A stretch of DNA of 64,000 nt from contig NC_087246.1 in the NCBI RefSeq assembly GCF_037042905.1, positions 5,086,001 to 5,150,000 of the forward strand, given 5' to 3'. The position numbers and the translations under genes were made by a program. The first letter of the stretch is position 1. Every line of letters begins with the position of its first letter. The stretch comes from Lytechinus pictus. Lineage: Eukaryota. Under the pieces are notes generated by a model. That model saw only the letters and a program-made list of their open reading frames with translations, had not been told where the DNA came from and made no database searches. This document shows, piece by piece, positions 1-13,049 of the stretch.

Positions 1-2587
1 AACAAGGCATATAAACAAAGTTTGATTTTGATTTCATTTTCATACATGGAGCTTTTGTCAGCAAATTGACACACAATATCCTAATGATATACAAGATATA
101 CTAAACACTCCAGTTAAGTGGAGCTTGCTAAAGTATACAAAAGGAGTAACTGCCTTTTAATAGTACTTCTTTATTACAATTGAAGCTGAATATTTTGTTG
201 CTAGCTTTAGATTTAATGGGCAGAAGTACTTTCACTTGCTTTACATATAAGCCTCTGATCAAATAAATGAATATATAAAAGATGAATATGTATCTTTTTA
301 AACCTAAAATGAACTAAATTACCTAAGCTACATGATACCCTGTCACAACAGTTGTACTAACAAAACAGATTCTAAACCTACTGATAGTGTGTTAATTTTA
401 ATAAAAAGATAAAATCTGTTCAGTCAGGAGTCCCTTTCATTAGCACAACTGCAGAATAACTGACAATTATTATTGATGGTAGCTGTATCTACAATCCCCC
501 CACATAGAATAAGTTTAAATCAGAATTTATTGGGGAGCAAACATTGAAAGAACAGGAATAAAACATGATTATTGATATTCAAAGATATATAAAGTTGAGA
601 GAAACATTGGTAATGGAATAGAATACCCTTGAAGGTCAGGAAACTGAGATCACAAATCAAAATTGGCAAGCTGCTCAACATTTCACTCACATCAAAAGAC
701 TATCAGACCAGATAACATTACAACTTTTGAACATCTATCTTCAACTTGGTCCACACAATATTGCATAAACAAAGCCAACACTCAAACTTGCGAAAGCTTT
801 GGTATTACGTCCTTCACATTTGTGCGTAATCCCAGTCATATACTATGAAAACCTGGTTATTCAACTTTAAAATTTGAGCCTTATATTTAGAAGTAAATTC
901 TAGCTTGAATACATTTTTCAAAATTTCATTTGAAATTTTGAATATTTCAATTGTTTTTATTTTTTGTTTTTAAACCAATTCAAAAACACAATTTTCATAT
1001 CATGAATATGAAGTAGAATGGATGGGAAATGTGGTCACTGAAGGGAAAAGTGTTGTCTTGGAGCATGTCTTTATAAATTTTTATCCCAAATTTTACTGAC
1101 CAATATAATCAAAGGGAAAAGATAACGCAGCATAGGACTTCCTTACAATTATACATCGCATTTGGCAGTTTAATTTGCATAAAAAGTGAATAAGGGCCCC
1201 GTCTTACTAAGAACTTTGATCGATCTAATCAATCCCAACTGCTAAAACCCATCAATATCATCTAGGAGACTTATTCACTGTCCATTTTTCATTATTTTTT
1301 TTTTCAAAGGAGCATGGTGACTGGTCCAAAAATACTCCATACACAAGTTTTCATCAAGTACTAAGAGTATCCTTTGTAATAAAGGATGTATGCATACAAA
1401 TGACTGTCAATATTTGGATGGGCTGAACAAATTGCAGTTCTTCATAAGCCGAGGGTCCCAAAATAACAGTTCTCTGTAACTCTAGGATGTACCTTCAACC
1501 TAACTCTATCAATAATGCTGAATAGGAATTGTTTGTTTGTTCTTGTAGCTATACAGAGGCATGATGAATGCATGCAAAATTCAAAGACTGTGCCTCAATG
1601 TCTAATCCACAGGAAATATTACATCTCACAGTACAATGAACTCTAATCAAATTGTACAAAATGTAGCAGCAGGCCATATAAAAACATCCTACAATCATCA
1701 CTAGAGACCATTATGTAAAACATAGAAATATACTTACAAATACACAAGAAATGGATAAAATATGTTATTATTTACAAGTCTGAAATCACCTGAATTGAAG
1801 GGTCATGAGAGGATATTATTTGATAGCTGGTTAACAGATATAGTTCCCATATTGAAGCTCTATTCATGACCATGCACACATAGCTTTATTCATATCAGTA
1901 TTATATGGATTTGGGGCAAAATCTTATCTTATGACAAGTATTTCATATACAAGTCTAAAATATAATAGGGAAAAAATAACAATATAAAATATGTACACAA
2001 TTAGTGTATATTAAAGAAACAAACTACGTGTAGATCGTTTATGGTGCCATCATGCCGTTTCACTTTGTTGTATGCGAAGGGCAGAAGTGAAATTTCTTGA
2101 AAAAAAGCAAGATGTGTCTATTGACAGACTATATATTGACATACATCATTATGCATCACCACCACACACCAATGATGAGTGTTTATGCATAAATGTATTA
2201 CATTTCTGTTTTCCTTTCATTAAAAGCTATAGTGTAGGCCTTGCAAATTTAATACGGTGGGTAGTTATGTACATGTTCACCTGGAGAAACCCGTTTAGAT
2301 CTCAAATCCTGAAGGGTGTTTCACAAAATGTTAAGCATGACTTAAAACTAATACTTACGTGTAAATGCCAACACATCCATCGTATATCCATCTTTGGAGC
2401 ATGATCTGATGTGTTATATATCGAACACCTAGGAATTTAAGTCAAACTTATATCTTTGTGAAACACCTGATTTCACTTCAAAATGTTTTGTGTCCCAGTC
2501 TCTTAATGAGCTATGGTTTAGATGATTGAAAGCTACCTTTGCTGTTTCCACTCACTGTTGCTGCTGCCACACTTGATTGCCATCTTT

Positions 2588-2617
2588 TTATCGTGCTCCC
2601 GGGATTTGAGAAAGCGC
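2588..2617 (-). CDS. FLOT2: Flotillin-2, final coding exon 9 (ALSQIPGAR*)
   Basis: ttcctag|GCG CTT TCT CAA ATC CCG GGA GCA CGA TAA; resembles the ...IPG flotillin-2 tail; the nine exons sum to 1272 nt in frame. Confidence 0.85.
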   Translation of the reverse strand, partial: ALSQIPGAR

Positions 2618-2667
2618 CTAGGAAATAGACAAAATACATGAATGTACAGTTGTCTTGATAGCAATAC

Positions 2668-2831
2668 CTGGGTGGTGTTTCATAAAGTTCTGCACAACTT
2701 TACGAACGACTGAAACCTGTTCATAGGCGCTAAATCAATTACATAGGGATATCATTTAGCACAAGAAATGATCACCAGTCGTGCGTTAAGTCATTTTAAA
2801 CTTACAAACAGCTTTATGAAACAGGCCCCAG
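2668..2831. mobile_element. Short Harbinger-like MITE
   Basis: CTGGGTGGTGTTTCATAAAG / CTTTATGAAACAGGCCCCAG inverted ends; similar short elements at ~1193-1460, ~2311-2468, ~3627-3762 and ~51315-51477. Confidence 0.55.
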
Positions 2832-3787
2832 ATGAGAAGAGGATGTCAGTAGTATCCTGCAAGTTGGGGTACTTAAAAAACGTTATACGAAGGTCACAAA
2901 TTTTTTCTAAAATAACATAGCATCTGCAAATTAGGATCTATAACATGCTTGAAAACTACTTTCTTTTAATTCGGCTATTTCTATTTCGGAATATAAAACA
3001 TATACTTTCTGTACATGGTGTTTCGTTAAGAATTTATATCTCAAACATATTAGAAATAAAACCATTGATAAGAGTGTGAGAATCACAGTTGCAATATTTA
3101 TTATAACCACTTAGTAAATTTGTAACTAACTCCCAACTTAAATCGTTATACACATATATTCCCAAAATGCAAAACTGTAGGGATACATATAGCAAGTAGG
3201 TATCAGAAGAAATGAGTTTTACCCAACTTTAAATTAGGAAAAGGGACAGTAAACCATGTGGCAATCTAATCAGATATTTATAAACACGAGAATATTGAAC
3301 TTCTTGAATTTCTAAATCAAATACTGGAGTAAGTTATGGTCCTGGGGTGTCTTTTGTGTTGTTTGGAAGCTACATATTGCTTTATAGACATCCAATATCA
3401 TCTGTTCTTTTCATGATTGAAGGTAGTGGAACTTATTTCCTAATCTAATAAAAATAAAACTGGCATATAATATTCTATACTTTGAAATGCTTGTAAACAA
3501 GGTATCTAGTCTACAAAGATCAGGTATGATTGACAGTATGATTTAGCACCCAAGAACTTTTTTTCAATAATTCATATACCTATTCATAAGTAATTTACAC
3601 ATATCAAACAGCTCCTGGTATCACACCTGGGGAGCGATTCATGACAAGTTTTGTCATTGATTTTTAGCGACAGATGTTATAAGCTACAGCAAATCCTTGC
3701 ATCCGATTGGCTGAGAGCTAATTATTCATTAAAAATCAAACTTTTCATGAAACAGTCCCCTGGTGATGCAAGGAGTAAATGTCTTAC

Positions 3788-3931
3788 CTTTGAGATATCT
3801 GTACCAGTGAGAGCTTGGACTGCAGGAGGGAGGGAACCTAGAAGCCTGGTAAGCTCGCTTGTTGTACGGTCATCACCCAACAAAACAATATCACTTGTCT
3901 TGGAGAGAGGTGCAGAGACCTCGGCTGCAAT
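3788..3931 (-). CDS. FLOT2: Flotillin-2, coding exon 8 (IAAEVSAPLSKTSDIVLLGDDRTTSELTRLLGSLPPAVQALTGTDISK)
   Basis: Translated by hand on the minus strand; accatag| acceptor and AAG|gtaaga donor; 144 nt; conserved flotillin C-terminal motifs. Confidence 0.93.
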
Positions 3932-4300
3932 CTATGGTAAAAAAACAAACCCAATAATCACAATGATAAATGACCAATCTGATCTAGCAGCATCCATCTT
4001 TGGGGTTTGAAATAGCCTTGGTGGATATTCAATATTATAGCCTTGGTTCAATATTACTCTTCTTATTTTTTGACTTTCCAGCCACTAACCACTCCCAAAA
4101 ATAAAACTGAAATAAAAAACAAGAGTTACCAAAACAAGCAATTCTCTTTATCAAATCTGGAAGGTAATACACTTAAAACATTTAGATATTGTTTCATATT
4201 TTGTCTTAGCTCTAAAGCATTAACATCTTTACCGATCCACAATGGCAGTTTAAACAAATTATTTGACAACTCAATAAGCACAAATGTCAGCAGTAAAAAA

Positions 4301-5319
4301 ACAAGTGGAGCGCCTCTGGCAGTCTCACCTGCATCGCGCGATTCAATATAGCAGCAGTGCTGATTTTGAAAACTACTATAAAATAATTATCAAAAAAAAA
4401 CCACCATTCATATAATGATACAATACTACGTTCATTGTCAATAAATGACATTTGACCTTGATCATGCGACGACTTGTCAGTGATACTTGATTACCCCTAT
4501 ATCCACATTTCATAAACTATATCTATTAACTTTGAAAGTAATGACAGCAATCTAAAAATTACCTCCAAAATGGCCAAAGTTCAATGACCTTAAATGACCT
4601 TTGACTTTGGTCATGTGACCTGAAACTTGCACAGAATGTTCAATGATACTTGATTACTCTTATGTCCAAGTTTCATGAATCAGATCCATAAACTTTCAAA
4701 GCTACGATGGTAATTCTACAGATACCCCCAACATGGCCAAAGCTTATTGACCTTTGACCTTGGTCATGTGACCTGAAATTCGCACAGGATGTTCAATGAT
4801 ACTTGATTACTCTTATGTCCAAGTTTCATGAATCAGATCCATAAACGTTCAAAGTTATGATGGCAATTCAACAGATACCCCCCAACTTGGCCAAAGTTCA
4901 TTGACCTTTAATGACCTTTGACCTTGGTCATGTGACTTGAAACTCAAGCAAGATGTTCAGTTATACTTGATTAACCTTATGTTCAAGTTTCATGAACTAG
5001 GTCCATATATTTTTTAAGTTATGATGACATTTCAAAAATTTAACCTTAGGTTAAGATTTTGATGTTGATTCCCCAACATGGTCTAAGTTCATTGACCCTA
5101 AATGACCTTTGACCTTGATCATGTGACCCGAAACTCAGGCAGGGTGTTCAGTAATACTTCATTAACCTTATGGCCAAGTTTCATGAACTAGGTCCATATA
5201 CTTTCTAAGTTTTGCTGTCATTTAAAAAACTTAACCTTCGGTTAAGATTTGGTGTTGACGCCGCCGCCGTCGGAAAAGCGGCGCCTATAGTCTCAATCTG
5301 CTTCGCAGGTGAGACAAAA
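4301..5319 (-). mobile_element. Helentron/HINE (DINE-1-like) non-autonomous element with internal ~150-190-bp tandem repeats
   Basis: Sub-terminal inverted repeats GTCTCACCTGC (4322-4332) / GCAGGTGAGAC (5305-5315); terminal hairpin 5290-5315; A-run flanks; about 5 internal TGACCTTTGACCTTGGTCATGTGACC units. Confidence 0.65.
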
Positions 5320-5355
5320 ATGAATAGATTGGACTAAAGATAAAGGACAGTATAC

Positions 5356-5539
5356 CTTGGGCAGTGCTTCAAGGACTAAGCTCATCATGGCAGCATCTCC
5401 ATATTGTTTGTAGGCTGCTGCTTTCATCCTCATCATCTCTGCTTCAGCCTTACCAATAGCTTCAATGGCTGAAGCTTCAGCACCTCCTACATTCCTGATC
5501 TTCTCAGCATCACCTTTAGCAGCTAGCACAGTCTTCATC
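5356..5539 (-). CDS. FLOT2: Flotillin-2, coding exon 7 (MKTVLAAKGDAEKIR...KAAAYKQYGDAAMMSLVLEALPK)
   Basis: Lies in ORF 5293-5538; ttatcag| acceptor and AAG|gtatac donor; 184 nt. Confidence 0.95.
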
Positions 5540-6740
5540 CTGATAAAATTAAAGACAGTATACAGTTCAAATGTATGGCCTAGCAGAATAGGAACTTATG
5601 AATGAGCCTTATCCTTTACTGTGCAACCACATGGCAAACATAATTTATTCCACATGGAGCAGTCAAATGATCAGGGATAAAATCATTCTTGCATACATGT
5701 AGGTTACTCATGTTGGAAAATAACTAGCAAACTGATGAAGTGGGACTCATAAGGCATCTAGAAAAGAAATAAGTGTAATTCTTATCTTAAGCCCAGTTGA
5801 TGCTGTGGTGACATAAATAATTTTGTATACATACAATGGTACTATACATTGAGGAAATGCCAATGAGAAATCTTATTACATGCTATATTCAAATGTGTAT
5901 AAATTAGCATATTTTACAAGTTTTAAAATTTTGCAAAGTTTTGTAACCCCAACCTATTGCTATCATATAAAGCAAATGGAATTGAAATTAATCAAAAAAT
6001 AAAGAAGCATTCATTTCAATATTAAAGAAATGCAAATATGTATTTAATGTGAAAATGTAAAATTTTTGATTAAGTTTTCATATCTAGTACTATCATATAT
6101 TAAAAACAAACAGAATTGAAATTGATCAACAAATCAAGAGAATCGTATTTTGGGGGTTGATTTTAAGATACTAAGTAAAGAGAAATTTCTAGCCAAAATT
6201 TCAAAAATCTGTGTAATAAGTTCAGTGAACCACACGGAGGTCTACCAGATAGAACAAAAAATATCAAAATCGGTCAAAATATAAAGAAAAAGAAGCATTT
6301 TGGGTGAATTTTGATATCTAATCACTTTCAAAATTCTGTATAGAGAGTCGAAATCCCTGCCTAGTAATATCATACAGAAAAAATAGATGTAGTAAAGCAA
6401 ACAGCATTGAAATTGGACATGAAATGATGAAAAACATTTTGATCAAGTGGACAGACAACAAATGCCACACGACGGCATAAGCTCAAGGCCAGATGAGCTG
6501 AAAAGTAGAGTTGTAAAAATTGGGAGACACATAAATTATTTTAAAACTCCCATTCTTCATAATAGCCCTCACAAGACCATTAAAAAAAATCTCATTCTTA
6601 ATAAAACGGTGAATACCAAAACTTACTATTCCTCACAGTATAAAGAAAGTCAATTAATTAGAACACTGCATAGGAACGACTGTTAGTAAAAAGGTAAATT
6701 TGAGCATAGCAAGGTAGTTGACTCTATTTCATGGTCATAC

Positions 6741-6955
6741 CTTTGACCATCAGCAAGGGTCTCCACTTTAAATGACTCAGCCTCAGCAGGTCTCTTGATG
6801 GTTGCAATCAATTCTCTCTCTTTCCTCTCAATTTCTTTGGCCTCAACGTCGATCTGTTTGCGACGTTCGACGACCTCGATCTGAACCTCCTCACTCCTGA
6901 TCTTCTGCTTCTCTTTGGCTCCTTGAAGAGAGTAAGCCAACTCTGATTGAGCTTT
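6741..6955 (-). CDS. FLOT2: Flotillin-2, coding exon 6 ([20 protein letters not shown]...[19 protein letters not shown]), coiled-coil flotillin domain
   Basis: Lies in ORF 6683-6961; ttgcag| acceptor and AG|gtatga donor; 215 nt. Confidence 0.95.
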
Positions 6956-7257
6956 CTGCAAATGTCAAAAGAGACAACTTTGTTGAACCAATGTAGTTAA
7001 ATTGACCACAAATCTATTTTAATGTTATATCATCATTTTTATTTAAGCACTTAAATACATTGAAATATACTCAGGTTTTCAATTTAGCATCATTGGGAAA
7101 ATGACGCCCTAGGGCACCTCTCGTGGATTTTGAAAATAATACTTTTTCCTAAAGTACGATACATGCAATTCCAGAATTCCTTTTAGTAGTGTTTTATTAT
7201 CATCAAATATGGCCCTTCTACGAACCATTTCAAAACGATTGCCATAATTGAACTGAC

Positions 7258-7377
7258 CTTTGTATTAACCTCGGCTTCATAACCAGCTTTCAGCATTTCA
7301 TACTGGCGTTGTGAATCAGCAACCTTCGTATCAGCATCAAATTTGATATCCATCATTGACTTCTCGCATTCAGCTTC
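7258..7377 (-). CDS. FLOT2: Flotillin-2, coding exon 5 (EAECEKSMMDIKFDADTK...EAEVNTK)
   Basis: Lies in ORF 7183-7395; atacag| acceptor and AAG|gtcagt donor; 120 nt. Confidence 0.93.
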
Positions 7378-8253
7378 CTGTATATGACAAAACATATCAA
7401 CAGAAAACGTACTTCAAATCAAAATTGGCAATGGCCAATAACATATATGCATATTTCATGTTCTTTCATAGAGAAGGCTATGAAAAGCTTTCTTGATGAA
7501 CTCTTGGGAAACACATCATCATGCATACATGTACAGTTGTGCTCATAAGAAGTGAACCCCACCACAAATTGCACTCCTTCGTGCTGAATGTTGAATGTAG
7601 AAAACAATGCTACAATGTTTGGCGAGCCCAGAGAAACAAACTTTAAATATGTTCATTTTCTGGTGGCGTTAACCAACTTTTGAGCACCACTGTACATGTA
7701 GGCTTATGGTGTCACACTAGGAAGAAGATTTCAGCATCCTACATGTAGTCTTTATAAGAGTGAAATTTTTGATTTTTTTTTAAATAATGCACAGGTTTAA
7801 GTTTGTGGTACATACACAATTAGGTGCAACAGTGTCATGCTTGTAACACAAAGGTAAATACCCTTGCATTGCCACTTACACACATGTGATTACTCAAGTA
7901 CAGTACATTAAATATCAGATTAATGTCAGGTAGGAAAAAAAAACAAGATGATACCACTCAGCAACAATAATGCAAGACATAGAAATTGATATTTTGAAAA
8001 TCTGTATTTGCATCTACTCTTGCGAAGAGGGGTAGAGTATAAAAAAATATTGAAAGTGATATCAAATGATCTTAAAGGGTAAAATGACAGAACAGAGGAA
8101 GAGGGACAGACAGAAAGGAAAGATAACTTACAGGGGGAGACAGAGGAGAGAATGGGAATAAGAAAGGGACAGAAATAAAAAGAAAGAGAATTGAAGATAA
8201 AGCAGAGACAGACAGAGACTGAGGAAAATGAGGCAGAAAGTTGATAGTTGAAA

Positions 8254-8682
8254 AGACAAAGTGGTTCGCGAACCACAAGTCTCGTCTAGCCTGATTTCTC
8301 GATCGATCAATAAAATATGCAAAATGATCTTGTTTTGATCCCTAGATGACCTTTGACCCCATCATCCTAATGAACACACATGTGGTATTACCCAAGGATC
8401 CTTTGAAAAAAGTGTGAATAAATTGATGCAGAAAATAAAGAAATGAGAGCAAGTTGAACAAAAACTTGAAAAAAATATGGACATGACCTTTGACCCCATC
8501 ATCCTCAAGGATTATATGTACCAAGTCTGAACAGAATTGATGCAGAAATAAAGAAATAAGGCCAAGTCGAACAAAACTTTAACATTTTTGTAACAGACTA
8601 CCTGAATAACAGACCAACAGACTATTAACAGACTAAAGTGGGTTATAGGTCTCTTCTGAACTTTGTTCAGGTGAGACAAAAA
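8254..8682 (-). mobile_element. Short HINE-like element
   Basis: Palindrome GTGGTTCGCGAACCAC (8261-8276) at one end and hairpin GTCTCTTCTGAAC-TTT-GTTCAGGTGAGAC (8649-8677) at the other; internal TGACCTTTGACCCC repeats. Confidence 0.55.
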
Positions 8683-9741
8683 AGAAAAGAAAATGAAGAA
8701 AAGTCAGTAAGAGACAGTAGTGCTACATTTAAATACATGTATGCAACTGACTCCTATGATAAACCAATGTTTGTAATATCAATTTCTTTCTATTCAGACT
8801 GCCTGACTACCAGTATTTAATTGCTGCATTTTCATGCATAAAACCTCAATATTGAAATGATCCTGACCTTGATAGAATAAATCGTTCTAGTCCCAGGGGA
8901 AATGGGATTATCATATGCTGTGAAAATCAATGAGTCAAGCACAAACTTCCTTACCAATAATCTACCACTGTACATGTACATGTATTATTGGCATCATAAT
9001 CTTCATACTACATGCAGTTTGAGGAAATACATTAATGCAAGGGAATAGGCAGTTTTACCAATAACATCATAGCTATATATAGTCAACTGGCAGAGACAGT
9101 CATTCAGGAAATATACTCTGCATATCTACATGCAGTGAAACTTATTAACAATAAAGTTTCAATACAATATCAAAAGTAAATTATATTCTATTACTTATGA
9201 CTTATCACTGAAGAGATTAAAGTCAAACACTTCCTGAAAATATGACTCCCATTTGGACATAGAATCAAACAATTTATTGCTTTCATTCATGAACTTTTTA
9301 GCTTTGAAAAGATTACTATATTGTAAATGGTATCTCATAATAAAGCTTGGTAAAAGTTCAATAATTCATATATGACATCATCTTGTTTCATCCATTGATA
9401 GTTCTTATTTTTTTAACATGTATCTGAGAATAATTGAAAACTATTTACAAATTTCTATTGCTGGAGAGAAACTGTTTTATACATGTATCTAACAAAAAAA
9501 ATAATTAATTCTCAAAATCTTGGTAGTAATCCCAAATTAATTTTCATGTAAAATTGAAAAATATATTTGTATTTCATATCATCCACATCATAACAGTGTT
9601 AGGACACACACATATAAATCCAGTAATGAAAAATAGTGACAGGGGGGGGGGGGTTCTTTCTGCCTTCCTTCCTTCCACCCTTTACTCCAACCATCCATCC
9701 ATCAGTTTATTAATTTTCTACATATATATGTATGTACTAAC

Positions 9742-9974
9742 CCTGATACCAGCATCTCTCTCTGCCTCGGCTACACCAATATCAGCATCTCTCTTGACTG
9801 CAGCAGTCTGTGTCTTACCCAATGAGTCCAAGTAATCTACATTATCATAGACATCTTTGATGGTGAAACTGACAATCTCTAGACCCATACGTCCAACATC
9901 TGGTGAGGCTACCTCTCTCACAAGGCTGGCAAATTGATCCCTGTCTCGATAGATCTCTTCTACTGTTAGGGTAC
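9742..9974 (-). CDS. FLOT2: Flotillin-2, coding exon 4 (TLTVEEIYRDRDQFASLVREVASPDVGRMG...AERDAGIR)
   Basis: Lies in ORF 9718-10065; caacag| acceptor and AGG|gttagt donor; 233 nt. Confidence 0.95.
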
Positions 9975-10608
9975 CTGTTGAACAAGACAGTTCCAAACAA
10001 CGTACGATTATATTTCCTTTAAATATTGCCTTGGCTTCTGAACTATATACGGGAAAAAAAATCATAATCTGATTTTACTGAATTGCATTTCCTGTCCTTA
10101 CATGTAGTTCATCAATGATGCTTGTTATAATAATGAATTTCCCTTCAAGCACACTATTTTTCAATTCCACAAGTTTTAACACACGTTTCTCATGTGTTTA
10201 GAGGGAAAGAAATTGACATGTTTAATTGCAATAAACAAATTGAATAAATTTTGCATGAGTTTAAACAAAAGAGTTTTAAGGTAATGGACAAAAGTATTGG
10301 AAAGTCATTAAAATAATATAAAATCATTCAGTAAATAAGGGATAAATTTATTGGTTTGCATATATATAGTGGAGTGCTCTGTTAGTACATTGTGATTATT
10401 CACAGCATAAAAGTTGGGGGAGTAAAGCACCACAATACACAGAGCTAGCAAAAAACATGATGGGGTGGGGGAGTCCATGTCCTTGTCAAAAAAATTGATA
10501 AGTCAAGCACCATTTGTCCAGTTTGGGCATGCTCAGTGTCTGAAGTTGCACTTTGCAGTCAACTAGTGAACACACAAATCACAAAGTTCAAAATTGTTAA
10601 ACTGTATA

Positions 10609-10657
10609 CCGTAAGTAACGGACTATAAACCGCACCCGTGGATTAACCGCACCCCCA

Positions 10658-10697
<40 letters not shown>

Positions 10698-11705
10698 CTT
10701 CTCACATTTACATGCATATTTGAGGTACGAAGAAACAAAAACTCAGTTAAAGATTTCAAGGTATCCAAAGAGATTACCGGTATGCGGAAATCTGCTGTTC
10801 TTGATCAATTCATCTAAATGTTAGCAAGATAGAAAAGTCCCGACAATATTGGCCTCTTACACACTCACTCACCTCACAGTCACAGTGTACACACACACAG
10901 CACTGCCGTTCTCATATTGCAAACTACGATACAGTACCAGCAGTACACCTTATCAAATTATGATGTGTCTTTCCCGGCGTAGGAGGAAGAAACATTCACA
11001 TGTCTTGCATCACAACCTCACAATCACTTTCAGAATTTGTCTAGCATTCGATGTCTTAGCATGAATTTTGGATACGGGATTACAGGAAGGTTCAAGAAAC
11101 AAAGAAATTTGCATTTTTTCCAATTGTTTTTACGGCTTCGTGCCGTCTCTCTCGTGCGTGGTGTACATGGTATCTTATGAAAAGCAAACAAGAAAGAAAA
11201 AATAAGCTGGCGCGAAACGGGACTTTCGCGGCCGGACGGGGAGGGGTTAAAATGAATAGCCCCAGCTTAAGTCTCACTATAACCACAATACAACGCAAGC
11301 TAGCTAGCTCTCAGTCTCAGCTCACTCAACTCTCGCTCAGCTGTGACAAAATATTACCGAGTATGCTTGGTTTCTCTTTGAACTTAGCCAGGTTAAGGGT
11401 ACTTCGCTGCTTTGAATCGAGAATAAAGTCGAAATTAGTGTCATGAAGGTGGGTGCGTTGGACAATATTTGATTAAGATCGTAATAATCACTTCCCACTA
11501 CCCGCGGCTCATACCCCTCTAAACGACATTGCCCTGGGCGGCTGGGCCCGGCCACTCGATGTGTTGTGAACTGGCAGACGTCTTACATGTTCGGGAGGGG
11601 TTACGGCGGGCTGGCTCAGACCCGTCACCGTGGATAAACGGCACCCCCGACTTTTGCTTCTATCCCGTCGAGAAAAAGGTGCGGTTAATAGACCGTTACT
11701 TACGG
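10609..11705. mobile_element. Non-autonomous Tc1/mariner-superfamily (pogo/Tc2-like) element
   Basis: TIRs CCGTAAGTAACGGACTATAAACCGCACC / GGTGCGGTTAATAGACCGTTACTTACGG, TA on both flanks, no transposase ORF. Confidence 0.8.
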
Positions 11706-11725
11706 TAACTGCATTTATTACCCAC

Positions 11726-11940
11726 CAAGAATTGCACGAAGATGACCTTCTAGAGTCTGAAGAACAACCATCTCAATCTCAGTGGTAGACCTGCCAATAA
11801 ACTGTTCACAAGCTTGAGCCAGTAGACCTTCTTCTGTCATCACTTTGACTTGTGCTACACCAGTCACTGTCAGAGGTACACCCTTAGAGGTCTCAACACT
11901 CTCACATCGGGGATTCAGGGTCATTACTTCTAATGATAAT
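11726..11940 (-). CDS. FLOT2: Flotillin-2, coding exon 3 (LSLEVMTLNPRCESVETSKGVPLTVTGVAQVKV...LEGHLRAIL/G), SPFH domain
   Basis: Lies in ORF 11718-12059; ttccacag| acceptor and G|gtgggt donor; 215 nt. Confidence 0.95.
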
Positions 11941-12967
11941 CTGTGGAAAAACAATGATGCTTTAAAAACAGTACAAAGATTTAAATCAGTGTTACATGTA
12001 AGGTTTACAAAGTAACATTTGTATATCCTGGTAGTTCTGTCTCTATACATTATGTACAAGAAGAACCAAGTTTGAACATCTTCCTCAAAAATATCAATAC
12101 ATGTATAAAGTCAATAATCAAAGTTTTATGTAATTACTACCTAGTAATTACCCAAAGAAGTTATTTGGTCTTCAAAAATTAAGAAAGTTAGTCTACTGTA
12201 TTTGATGATTAAATCTTTCTTCTCCATACCTGTAAAATAAAAAAGAAGATATGGGTTACGGTGAGCCCATTGATTTTCTAGACTGCTAGAAATTATACTC
12301 AGCTGGCACAATATATGCAAACGGTTGTGGTAACGATTTCAAAATGAGTTCGAAAAGAAGATGAAATTACCACCAAAGTGTTTGTATGTATAAATAAAAA
12401 TACTGTATGCGCAAACTAGCTCTGGAAGAAAATGCGTAATTGCTGAGAAATGAGCAAAATAAGCATGGAATTCCATCAAATGTCGGTTATCTTTCGAAGC
12501 AATATTAATACATTTTCCCACATGCTTTTTTGTGTTAATGATCATCAGAATTATCGATTTTGCGCTAAGATTTCATGATTTTGCGAAGATAATATACCAG
12601 ATCTATATGTATGAAAAAAAATTTGGCAATTAACCTTGAAATAATTGTTTGCTGCAACTTCTGTCTTTTACCTTTAATTGGATTACTCTTGATAAATCAG
12701 GACAAGTTACATGTAGATATTGAGGTGCAAGAAGAGAAGTTTGGGAACCTAGTTCTACTCGGTAGGTATGCCTGTCTGCTTTAGTGTAGATCTACATGTA
12801 TCTTGCAATAACTTTGCCAGGTCAGATGCAGAGTCAGAGAATGACAATGACATCCAAAAGCAGGAGTAAAGTTTTAGTTCAAGTTCAACTACACATACTT
12901 TAGACAGACAGAAATTCATGTACATTTTTCATGAAAGCCAAGTTGCTCTTTATTTGAAAAGACTTAC

Positions 12968-13049
12968 CTTTGCACATCTGTAACAAGGCACCAAGCCCAG
13001 GCCCAGCCTCCCATCACATACTTCTTTTCGGATGCTCCACAACACCCAC
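12968..13049 (-). CDS. FLOT2: Flotillin-2, coding exon 2 (GGCCGASEKKYVMGGWAWAWCLVTDVQ/R)
   Basis: ccaaag| acceptor and AG|gtaagt donor; 82 nt; the GGCCG and GGWAWAW motifs are typical of flotillin-2; phases match the neighbouring exons. Confidence 0.95.
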
